Shown here in pieces: positions 41,316 through 54,200 of a DNA stretch of 64,000 nucleotides. Source of the stretch: Phoronis australis (Eukaryota > Animalia > Phoronida); the NCBI GenBank assembly GCA_002633005.1, contig NMRA01000038.1:207154-271153 (forward strand). Reading direction: 5' to 3'. Each line of letters opens with the position of its first letter. The stretch's first letter is position 1. The notes beneath the pieces were generated by a model, which saw only the letters and a list, made by a program, of their open reading frames with translations, ran no database searches and had not been told where the DNA came from. A program made the position numbers and the translations under genes.

Positions 41316-44300
41316 TGTTTGCATAAATAAGATCTTTATCATGCGATATTGTCACGTACAAACTTGAAGCTCTTAATGTGAACGTCTCCTGAACAATATC
41401 ATGCCGAGTTTGAGTGCGCAATACAACTCGCGATCATCATTTATCAATAATTAGGAGACTCTCAATTATCTTATAGTTCGAAATAACATCGTTACCCGAG
41501 TCTCCGAGGTGTTTTGAGCGATTGCTTTAGATTAATTTAAATGAATAATGCAGCAGTAATTCAGTTAATGAAAAAGGACATTTTGCCGTGGCCCTGTTTA
41601 ACACGAAAATGCAACACTGTTGATTAGAATCGGCTCATCGAAAATCAATTGACTATTGGTTGACGTTACTTTAGAGATTTGGATACACGTAGTCAAATCA
41701 AGAGATGTTATTTCGTGTGTGTGTATATCATAAAACAACATCTCTAACGTATTCGCCATCACCTTGTTTGTATTTTTCTTTTTATTAATTTATTTTTGTC
41801 CGTCTTTTTCCATTTTTGCCGTATTTTTCCATCGTTTTTTATCAATTTGTATTCTTCGATTTCTTTGAACCATCCATCTGTTTCGTCTAAGATTTTTCAT
41901 CAATATCCTTTTTTGGTTCTATTTATTCTTCGCTTGGTTCTTCCTTTTGTTTTCTTCCCTTTTCTTTTTTTAATCTTCGTCTCTTCGGATTACCTCTTTC
42001 TTCTGTCGTCGGCTCTGTTTCTTGTTCCTCCCTCTTTTGTCGTCTAGTAATTTAATTGACTCGTGAACCTGGCGAATTTTGTTTAATAAATTTCAGCTCA
42101 TCTATAAGCTCTTGGAGGTTTTGGTTAGGACACTAGATTGCCACTATAATTGCCTATATCGTGTGTAACCGTTTGGGTGTTAATTGGTATCATGTGACCT
42201 ATAAGTCCAAGACGTTGAGAATGTGTTGAACACAAACTTTATGTGTCTCCGTATTGTATTCTGTGATGCATCCATGCCACTTTTATAATAAATATATCTA
42301 AGTAGTCGTCAGCGGCTCCTTTCTAACACTGTCGAATATCTGGTTAAATGTTTAACAGCTCCAAACAACTACAAATTCGCCCAAGTAAGTTCGTGATTGA
42401 CATGGATCGATAGTTTCCCTTTGTTGTTAAGGAATGTGTGATTTCGGTTTTGGAAAATGTTTTGAATCACGGCCACGATTTGTGTTCAGACCAACTAAAC
42501 CTGGGTGTATGTTTTTCTGAAGTTGTACAGTACATGTAATTGTTATGCAACTGTTGCTGTTCACACCGACAGTTAAACTATTCTATCCCTAGTTTGTGGT
42601 TTTAATCGCTAGTCGGCAGTGATATCGTTTTCCGATTTACCACAGTAAATGCCTCGGTGCTCCATTGTTTCCAAAGGCATTCGTCAGCAGCACCAATATC
42701 TACTGAGTTACGCTGTATGAGACTGTCTCCGGTCAACATATGCATGAACAAAACCTCAAAACCCAAGCGATAATAACCTTTTGCGTCAAGGTAAAGACAA
42801 AACGAGAAATTCGATAGCCTGTACGAAAGTGCCTTCTAGTCTTAACTTTTTTTTCTAATTTCTGTAAGACAATTGTAGACTCCTAATTACCTTGCATATT
42901 GCGTCCATATTAATCCAATAACCAGTTTTGCTTTGAGTGTTCGGAGTTAATTGGTGGTTCAAGCTAGAGGTGTTACATGCAAAGTGTGTGCCAAGTTTCT
43001 AGAGGGGAAAACAAAATCACGAAAGGACACGAAAAATCACTCGAGTGAAAGACGAATGCTTTGCGAGTAAGCTCGTGACCTGACTTTCGTAACCTAGCAA
43101 AATGGTGGTCACTTAAGTGATAAGTCAGAAAGGTTGGAATATTTAATTACAGGTTAGAATTCATAAATTATGGTATAAAAACCATTGTGCCCGATCCATG
43201 AGCGAAACGTTCTCGCTACAAGAACATGTACATAGCCAATGTCTTTGACTACGGAACCCCGCTCTGGTTTGGAGTGAAGAGACGACGTTCACTCACGCAG
43301 ATCGAAGTCTTTTCGCCCATTCGGTGCAGAGAAAGTATGAATAATACCTTTGGTCAATTCTTTATAAAAGTCACTCACTGTCTTAAGTTTTGACTTTCAA
43401 CGACTGACTGCAAGCAATAGAATAGGGCTCTAGATAACTGCAAAAATCTGACGCGTTTAAGGGAATCTGAATGTTCTGCCCTAGGGTAAGAAGTATGAGA
43501 TGGTCGATAAGAGAAGGTATCATCAATTGGCAAAATAGTCAATAGTGACATTTTATTCGGGACAATTTAACAAGTTGAAAAAGTGCGTGATACAATCGCA
43601 CTCATTACAACTCTGGCTTAGGGTTTCCAGAGAAATCACAAATGTTACTGTTAACTGGAATAAGGGAGTAGAACATAATTGACGGAGTTGTCCAAGAATT
43701 TTTTTTTTTGGTTTTTTTGCGTGTTTAACTTATTCAAGTGCAAGTACAGCGACAACGCTTGTTACTTACTTGCATTTAATGTTGCGCAATAGTCAGTTTC
43801 AAAGTGATTTAGGGGGCCCTTTTGATTGGTTACACGTATTTGGATGTCCATGTTCAGAAAGCAGTTGATCTTTAACAACTTCCGCCCAGTATGCCACAGC
43901 GCCTTCTGTCAACAACTTGTGTTTGATTTAGACTACTGGCTTACACTTATGGAATTGGTCTCGCGTTGCTCCTTAGTCAGAATGGAAGTGATTTCAGGGT
44001 TTAGAAAGAACAGTGTTGCTTGAGACCAAACCGGATAGAGTAACTTGACCCGGCTGGTCATTTCATGGGACGGACATGGTTCCCAAGCCCAGAAACTAGT
44101 TCTAATTACACTACGGGACAGTTGAGGCCAATTTTTTTTCTCGGCAAGTCATGGGCAGTGCAGCTCTCACTGAAATAAGTGAGGGATGTAGCACACATTT
44201 AGTGCTGTGATATTAAGAGCATTTGTAGGCACGTTAAGAAATGTCCAAATTAAGTCAATTAATGGTTGATTAGATTTCCATAACTTGTTAGGTTCAATCA

Positions 44301-44732
44301 ACTATTATTTCCAACGCATTAAGACACATTGCGACCAGGTGCTTCTGTCCTCATAAAAATATCGATTGAGGCTAAAATATAGGGTGTAAACTGACTCAGT
44401 AATACAACAATCAGGCGTGGAATTTTTATAAGACGGAAGATGGGGCGTCTGATCTGAAAACGAACGTTCATAAAGGCGTCTATGCGATAGCTGACGGAGG
44501 AACAGAATTCACAGCAGCGACGAAGAGCGGACACACCACTGACGTGACGTCAATGTTGTGAAGCATGCTCCTCATATGCTAAGATACGTATAAGCCGTTT
44601 TACGAGTAATTAACATTATTAAGTAAAATATTAATATTCTGTCCAATCGCGGCAATCACCATGAGCGGAAGGGCTTACACCACAAATCACAGCATTGGAG
44701 TTTAGGCTTCTCATGGTAAGAAGACTCCATGT

Positions 44733-44744
44733 TCTCTCTCTCTC

Positions 44745-44784
<40 letters not shown>

Positions 44785-44877
44785 TCCCTCTCCCTCTCNN
44801 NNNNNNNNNNNNNNNNNNNNNNNNNNNNNNNNNNNNNNNNNNNNNNNNNNNNNNNNNNNNNNNNNNNNNNNNNNNNN

Positions 44878-44916
<39 letters not shown>

Positions 44917-44970
44917 CTCCCTCTCCCTCTCTCTCTCTCAATCTCTCAAGCTCTCAATCTCTCAAGCTCT
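44733..44970. repeat. (CT)n microsatellite containing a 79-N gap (44799-44877)
   Basis: Read directly. Confidence 0.95.
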
Positions 44971-45106
44971 CAATAATTTCTCAATTTATCTCCTACTGCA
45001 CTATTTTGGACAGAACGAATGTCGGGGATGAAGACGATGGCGATGACAATTGACGATTTAGTAGTGCACAGCGCAATGATGATATTCCTGTATTATTTTC
45101 TTTTAG

Positions 45107-45268
45107 GTGCACTTTTTGGTCCAGGGGAGGACGTCATGTTATTTGAAAATGCCTTCAAGTTTGCTATATCAAGTATAAACAACGACAACACAATACTTCC
45201 ACATTCTCACCTGGTGGCTTATATAGAAAAGATCGATTCTTACGACAGTTTTCAAGCCACGCGGCAAG
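45107..45268 (+). CDS. iGluR exon, ATD start (GALFGPGED...DSFQATRQ)
   Basis: ttttag acceptor and caag|gtaagt donor, phase 1/1; [13 protein letters not shown] and DSFQAT are typical ATD motifs. Confidence 0.9.
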
Positions 45269-48200
45269 GTAAGTCTTAAAAGTGTGGTCAATTACTGTAC
45301 AAATCACGTCCTTCAACACAAATGATGGACGGAATCGGACACTGTGCTAGTAAAGCTAAACTTCACCAAGCAGCCGAGAATTTTAAGCGATATGAAGCCG
45401 CATTTCGCCGCCAGTGTATAGCTGTCAATGTTGAATTCTTAATTAACCGTAGAGCTTTGGGGCTTAAAAATGTTACCACTGTCATGCAATCTTGAATTAT
45501 TGTCGAATGAACAAGCAACTCAATTTAGAAGCAATTCGTACATGCGCTATTTTCGAATCCGCAATTTTGGGTTTTTCCAACCGTAATATATTCGAAAGCG
45601 CTTTCTTGTGTTGCTTGTGGTTACGATGTTTTTGCTGATAATGGAAACAGAATCTTATCACGGAGCGATTGTAATGAGACCGACTTTATGAGAGTAAAAG
45701 GCCTAATTAGTCGATTTGCGTTTTAGCCAGCTAAACAGGGCGAGAATCAGCCTTAATGGACAGGGTCACCAACCTCGATTTTAGTTAATTCTACCGTTTG
45801 ACTGGAAACCCTTGCCAGGAATTTGCGATTTTAAAGAAATCACAAAAACTGAACGGATTTTGCTGACAGCTAGTAACTCGAAGTAGTCTATCCTACTCAT
45901 GATTCCAAACTGAGTTTTTCGGCTATTAAACCGATTGTGTCTTTTTAATGACTTTTTAATGATAATAACTCTAGTAACTCCGTCTAGCGTTCGGTCACGA
46001 ACCAGCCAATTGTCAGAGTCAAATTGCCTTCGGAGGCATCAGTTCTTCTAATCAGAGTTCCTTGTGCTCTTTGAAAAATATCCCAAAAAGTGATAATGTT
46101 TCATAAACATAACGCCAATCACATAATGGCTACGCATTGTGTTTCGCACCCTGTCACTGAAATGCTGTGGCGTTTCACATCAATCATTTAACATCTACCC
46201 TCTAGTTACAGGTAGTGTACATTGCACCCATTGACGTTAATACCCACCAGTGCCATTCAGTATTGGGAACAAAATAAATATGAATGCTTAATTAATTTTG
46301 AACAGTCTGGTAGAAATTCTATCCTACAACTAATTAGCTCTATCGTCGTCATGCTCCCATTGCTGTGTGGAATGATCAAGTTACGGTCTGATGCGCTTGT
46401 TTACTCGTTTATTTAAAGAAATATTTCACCGCCCTACAGGATCTATTTTCAGACAAATGTTGCTTTTCCTGTTGTGACTTGTTCCGTTTCTTCATGCACT
46501 GGTGGATCTAGACTGTGTCAGGGCGACCACAAGTTTCGATGGAAACGTGTTCGTACAATAACGGTTAAAATCGGCATGCGAGACGTTTGTGACTCGGTAG
46601 TAGCATTCCTAGATCCCTCAATTCCCCTTATGTCCTAAACCGCTGGCCCTCTTGCGTAAAAAGCCTGGCATCTACTCAATGAATAACTGAATACGTCGCA
46701 TTTGCCGCGGTGTAACCATAGAGTATAGTACATGGACCGCCATCTCCGTATATTTTCAATGGACGAAATTTGAGAGCCTACGCTTAAGGCGTGACGTCAC
46801 TATTCACTGTGGCAGACAACACGTTTTACTTCCGGCAAGTACGTCGTCTGCTAATCATGGTCATTTCGTCGGGATTTGGATCGGCGAGTTTGCCGAACTC
46901 GTATCCGTGTTTTAAAAGTTGAACTCTTGTAAAACGTTAACTTGTTAAATAAAGTTCATATCAACACTCCAGAAATAAGCACCAGGCCTACTCAAAATCT
47001 ATCTCGCACTTCCACAGCAGTTTACGTATTCCACGGGACGTTTCATTTTAAGCTTGAATGCACGCCGGCGCCGCTCAAAATTTCTGGAGTCTTAGTTTAT
47101 GAAAATACCACCAACTAATGCCGAAATTCTTTTTTTCGTTGTACTGGACAGTAAAATAGTTGCAAGAATTTCTCGTCACGGTACACTAACCGGAAGCTGA
47201 GTTTGCTATGTTTAGAGGGTGGAGCCTCCTCTAGGAAATCACGCAAGAAAATGTCGGAGTTTCGAATCTGCTGTCTGTAATCTATGGTGTAACTGCTGCT
47301 CAAAAAATCAGAGGCAGTAGAAACAACCGGAAACTAAAACAAAAATGATACAGACTCGCTTCAAGATTTTTCGAAATTATCTTTATTGCAAATTTCTACT
47401 CTGGACCCAAACGCATCATCTGTGTGTATTCGTAAAACATCCAATCTTCTACGGACAATAAACCTACCCCTAATATGTTTTTTGATTAATGCTACTTATT
47501 GGACTCATCTAGTTCCATACACAGATTAGCGTGATTTTTAGACTTGAGAAGGTCGTTATTCCTTCAAAGCAGGCCAATTAAAAGGACATAATCGGTTTTA
47601 TGGACGGAAAACGCATTTTTAGGATTATTGTGGGATGGGATAGACTTATTAGCTTTGACCAGAGCTTTAGAACAACAAAATCCGTTGCCTTTTCATGGGT
47701 TTATTTCAAATGGACAATTCTCTCCATCGTCTGCCAGTCGTTCGCTGAAATCGAGGCTGGTGACTTAAACAATTAAAAACACTTCCTCTGTCATTTATCA
47801 AGTGAAGTTTAGCCACGCCAGCAAAAGTTGAATTGCCGCGCCACCGCGGGGGTTGTGATTTTAAAACCATTTTTCTCGCAGACAATGTCACTTGAAGTTG
47901 TTTATCATGGCGGATTCTTTTGATTCTTCAAGACAATGTCTGGCAGGGGAGACGCGGGCGATTTATTGTACCAAACGAACAATCAGGGCCCTAAGTCTAA
48001 TCTGTTTACTCGAGATGAAATTCGCACTTCTTTTTGGCATTTTCTACTCTACTTTTGTCCAAATTAAAGATAAATGTCTATTGATTTATATTCGAGTTTA
48101 TAATAGCTTACGTGAATAACTGCATAATCCTAGTTTGTAAATGGCGACCCTCAAATTAAGTTTAGAACTTCGAGTCTGAACTCGAAATTTCTAGTTTTTA

Positions 48201-51200
48201 CTCGAAATCTCGAGTTGTACCTCTGTAGTTCGAACCTAGGGGTCCTCAAGTATGAACTTGGACTAGAACATCATTGCATGAACCGTAATGAAATCTAGCA
48301 TAGAATAATAGAATCCTTGAGGTTGCACAAATGTAAAGTAGAAAATATCAAATAATCGAGTTCGATTTCGAGTACAAAGATTAATATCCGCGCCCAGCCT
48401 CCTAATCTTCATATTTGAAACTCGAGTTTTACGTCAACGCAATCATTTTGTCCAATGAGAGATTAGCCTAAAGGGTTCCAGGTCATGTGAGCTCTGAAAA
48501 AGTTTAAGCCCGTAAAATTGCATGCACGCTCGTAAAACAACAAGCGAACTTAAACGACGAGCGTAAAACGAGCGTAGATAATTCGAGTGCTAAGGTTATG
48601 TAGGACCTTATCGACGAGCCTGTTCATGTATCCAACTATGTACAAATCTCCAGAATTTAACTCAGTGAGAGTATATATTTTTGAAAGAAGAAACTCTTTA
48701 GCATTTGATTTTCGATTTTACACTAAACTGCAACCAATGGGGTCTCCCTGAACATGTCGTTGTTGTAAAATTTGGCAAAAAAGAAAGGTGCATTCATTGC
48801 CAAACAATGATGCCAACAACGCGACCAAATTTTGTTTGATATAAGATAAAATATCAAAAATGTTTTTGCAGTTTTCTGAATTATCACTTTATTTTCGTTT
48901 TATGCAACATCATTTTTGTATAGTAATCACGAAAATCCTATTTTTTGATAATCAACCTCTCGTGCAAAACTGGAACATTATAAAAACAATTCCTCACGTT
49001 GTTTTGGAGTACAGTACATAAAGCGTGGTATCTAAAAGTTTCATATGAATAAAACCAGCCATTTCTGAGATATGATGTTCCGAGGTTACCAAATCTGGCT
49101 ATTTTTCTTCGTCCTACATAGTCTCATTATGCACGATCATAATTTAGGCTCGTATTTTACGCTCGTAAAAAGTGTCTCGACGCCCGCAATTTACGAGCGT
49201 AAATCACGAGAGGCACTTTCCGCTCGTCGGCCAACGAAAGATAACACCACTTCCCCCGGAATTCCACAGCGCCATCTCTGATTCTGCGGTCGGTATTTAC
49301 CCACAATGCGGCCAATGCACGCTGCTAAGCACTGTTCAGATTAGCCTGTCATTTGTCATTCTGTCACCATTGTTGCAAAGTGTGTGAGTTGCAATGTAAG
49401 TATAATGGAATGAAAATTTGAGGGAAGCTTGATAAATCATTCTCCAGTTTTCCGACAGGGGCCAAAAGTGCTTTAGCGGCCCTATCCTCTTGAAAACTTG
49501 GCCAATCACACAATATGTTTTTCTACCGCCGTAAAAGAGGAGAATTGATTCCTTGATCACTTGATTGGTAACAAATGATCCTGTTGATAGTGCCACCTGG
49601 AGGAAAAGCCTGGCTGATAACTTCAGCTCTATCCCTAAGCTATCCATAGCTAAGAAACGGGTATCTTGGTTGCATAACGGGTTCCCTTAGGATATGTGTT
49701 TTAAAAGTTGTTGTGTTTGAATTTATAATCGCCGTTTACCCTTTTAAAAAAGCAAGTTTGAATTAGTGTAAGATTCTATTCGCTTTACCCTTTTTTGACC
49801 ACCGATGAATGGCAAGAATGCTAGAACGCGTGGAATTCTTAACAAAAATTACGCATGTCATAATGTAGGTAACCGCATTCATTTCATTCCAGATTTCTTT
49901 AAAGAGCAATTTTCAAATCCTTGGTGATAACAGACTACGTATTGCGTTTTTTTTTGCATAAAACTAGTGGAAATATGTCTACCGTCACGTTATCGTTTTT
50001 TTATAAATTCGTGATATTTAAATGTGTGATTACCACAAACGAGAGAATTTTTCACGAGTCGCGTTTCTAGCATCATCAGCAAACACTCATTTGGTAGAGT
50101 GAACTTCATCTATGTAAACCTGAACAATTTCTTTTCCAGCATGTGCCTTAGCCGACAAGGGTGTCGTTACTATTCTGGGTCCGCCGTCCAACACCTTAGG
50201 TCCACATATCGATTCCATGTGCTATGCTCTTCAAATTCCTCATCTGGACGCTAGGCTGGACACAGCTGTGAAAGACTCTTTAACCCCGCGTTTCTCCATC
50301 AATCTATTCCCCGACTCCACGTTACTCAACAAAGCTTTCCTTGATCTCATAAACTACCAAGAATTTGAGACGGTTTTGCTAATATTTGGAGATGGTCACG
50401 GTAAGTGTCCCATGGATTTGGACTCAGTAATGTAGTTACTCTACGGAAAAATAGCTGAGGTTGGCGAAAGTGTAAATGATGCAAATACAGTTGGGAACTA
50501 CAGTGCAGACCAACTGTAACACGACTGTGCATTTTTGTAGAAACAACTGGTTTATTAAAAATTAGGCGGAACTACAGCGGAAACGTAACTTCATTGAGGG
50601 GACGAGTAACGAGAAGTAAATCGCAAGAAAGAATCACAAAGTACTAACATGAGAACTTCGTAACAAACGCAACCTCTTTTTCTATTACTTTTCAAAATCA
50701 AATCAGCCTCTCCCACGGGTTCTTAGGCCATGGGTCGTAGTTTCACTCCGGTCATCCTGTGATCATGTCTGTGGGGAAATTATTATTTTCTATGTAGCTA
50801 AATGTATCCCCAAGTATTTGATATTCGAAAACTCTTCAGATTTTTGTGCTCTTTTAATGTAAGATTACTTAGCAATAGATGGCGCTGCATGCTTCCTCGG
50901 TAGCCAATCACAAACTCAGAAATTGAAAAGGTTCAAAAGGTCATATTCATTAACATAATAAGTGATGATAGAATGAAACTTCTGCAGGGGAAACCTTCAG
51001 TTTTCCAGTTCTATTGATGTCCTTTACAAACGATGCAAGCATCTGCGAATATTTTTAAAACTTCATCTAGGTGTGGTACTTACAGTTGCTTTTAGTCACT
51101 TAGCTTGCATCAAACGTTATGCTCCTCAACCAATGGTAGTTACTAATTTGACTTGAAGACATATCACACTGTTATTTTTAATTCTGCATGCTTTTAGTTT

Positions 51201-54200
51201 CTTCACGATAATAAAATATGTCCTCGAAATGTCATTACAATCACCCATGATAGCAAGTAGCAGCATATGTTGATAAAAATAACGATGGTTTAAATCGGCT
51301 TGACAAGTTTCGGTGTTTATTAAAACGCCATCTTCAGAAGAAAAAACAGTTACAAGAGAGCTGAAGATTTGTGAGGCTCAGTTGATCAATTGGTGCAGGC
51401 CCCAGTCTCAATAGACAACTGTCACACCACACGTTGTCATGGTTAGTCTAGTCTACTGTTATACTCCCCTGTAACTAACTATTTCGGGAAAAACAACAAT
51501 AATAATAAAATCTCGCTTGAGCAAAAGTGCAAAGTCGATGACAATATACACATAACTGCCAGTTACTAAGGCAATTTCTGTAAATTATTTCAAGATTTAG
51601 ATGCACTCATAATTGCTCAGCTAAACATTTCTGAGCGATTGTGAGGTGGGCGCGTAAGATCAAATTCCTGTCTCAAGTCTTAAGTTGCTTTCAAGAAACA
51701 AACGCGGGGTCTTTTCAATTTTATAAAAATGGAATGGTTTGCGATATCAAAAACAGCCCCCAAAGCGGTCAAAGAAGTGGTTTTAGGTGTCTATTTCTTT
51801 TATGGCTTACGGCGCCACAGACTGTTCTATTGCAGGCCTTGATGATTTGGCTTCTTCAAGTTTGTGAATAAACAAAGGAAAAACCAACACATTATAGGTG
51901 ATTTTTTCAGGTCTTTTCAAACTCCGTGGGTTAATCGAACAAATTAACCCGCAATTCGAACTGATCATCCGGGAAGTTAACATGCTCAATATAAGGGTCG
52001 TTCTCAAAGAATCTCAACGAAGGCGGTGGAATAACATTGTTGTAGATCTGCCTATTGAAGAAACACAGACGCTTCTAAAAGTCGTAAGTAAGCCGCCGGA
52101 TAAATCTAATTAATAGGATTTTATGGAATATTGGTTATCCAGAGATGCACGATGGTTCGTGCCCTATTTATCAATTTAAGTGTCTTAAAGAAGTCGCTCG
52201 CTAATTTGGCTTGAAATGAAAGGTGTCTCGAAAATGTACTCACATTTCAGTACAATTTCGGCAGTTCAGTCAAGTTCAGTTCTACAGTATGGTTACCCCT
52301 TGCTGTGAGAGTAGGCTGGTGAGTTATCTCGCTTTATGTGCACGGGAATGAAAAACAAACGACTCAATTTTGAAGAACAAAATTTTATCTCGCATTGCTA
52401 CTGTAAACTCAAAAACGTCAAAGAGGAACAAAAAAAATTAATTGTTAGTAAAAGTTAATCAACAATTCATTTATATTGATTGAAAATTTCACCATTAATC
52501 TTGTTTTTAAACCAATAAGCAATGCAGTTATCGCCGTTTGAAATGTTAGTACATTTTGAGACACCTTGTATTTCTTTCTGAGTGATAAAACATTTCGATG
52601 TAGTGAGATTATATATTACGACGCCAAATATATTCAGTTGCTTACCCTTGTATCATGAAAAACTTTGTTATGTTGCTGGATCAAAATCACCTTCTTATTG
52701 GTGCCAAAATATCGCCCCGTCCACATCAGGGATTCAACTCTTCTCTCGTAAATTGTACGCATTGTACCGTTGGCGCCTTATTCTGCTTTTGAAAATTAAT
52801 TTTTAATGTCTGCATTGTAACTTACTTCGAAACAATAAACTTTAATTTACATCAAAATGACATAGGGCAACCTAAACTTAATGCAAAGCAGTGATTACCA
52901 CGTAATAGGTGTACAATTGCGAGTCAAGTGTCCAACGTACGCGTAGCATTGCGTGCCGCACTTAGCCGGTTTCGAAGGGTTAGCCGCGTAAGACATCTGA
53001 TGGATTCTTGGCGATAACTTCTGGCTTACAAATAAATCAGATGTCTAAGTCGGTTGACTCAGCCAAACCGACAAAGTCAATTAAGTGCAGTCATTGTGTA
53101 CATACACCTCACAGAGAGGTGGTGTGGTATTTCGGATAGTGCGTATTAATTCGTGACATCATCTTATTCTTGTCTCATCTTTCGAAATAGGCGCTACAGG
53201 AGGGTATGGTCGATCGGCATCACAAATTCATCTTGGCAAATTTGGTAAGCATTGCCTGCAAGGGAGTGGTTCGCTCATAATTCGTCATACTCGTGTTTCA
53301 TGCAAGTCCCTTAAATACGACTAGTGATCACTCGTTATAAGCCGATGGTGGTTAACGAATTTAGAAAACTTCACGATATTTCTTGCAATCTAAAGGGAAT
53401 TTAAATGGTGGTGCTGCGACATATATTGTCGCACTCGACACACATTATTGCCTAGGCGACAACATGTGTCGAGTATGACAATATGTCTCCACCTTCACAT
53501 ATCAGCAGCGACAATAGTTAATGCAATATGAAATTGCAGTTGTGTTTATCAATATGCATATAGAATAACCTCTTTCATTAATCCGCAGGATGGCGCAACA
53601 CTTGACCTGGAAGATTACAAGCACAACTCCGCCTACATTATGTCACTCAGCCTCCCGGCGACTAGTAGTCCTATGGGAATGCAAATCATGGGCCGTATGA
53701 AGGAGTACGAGCAAGCGATGGGTGTATCAATGCTAACAAAAAACGATCGAATTAGGGTGTGTATATTATTGCCCGTGAGGCAGCTACGGGCAAACAGTAC
53801 CCTGATAGGGAACGGCAACCCCGGGAAGGGCGCCACAAAACAACTGGTAGCGAACGTGGGCTTGTGCCAAGCATGACATGGAATAGTTGAATTTATGGTG
53901 GACCTTGGGATCTACCTTCCAACGGAAACGACCAAATTGAAAGAAAGCCATCGCCACGCCGATTTTAGGGCCTGTGCGTGCACTTTTTTGAAAACTTTGG
54001 TTGCCCCNTTTTTGAACACTTTGGTTGCCCCCTTCCTCCACCCGCTTACAAAATCCAATATCCGTTATAGTGACATTGCATCAGTGGCGACCGGAGGTGG
54101 GGGACCATCATTATCTTTCTCCTCGGGTGGCGATAACCCTAGCTACGCCACTGCTTATCGCAAAGTGACATGTGATGCAGAGCTTCTTCGATTCAACCAT

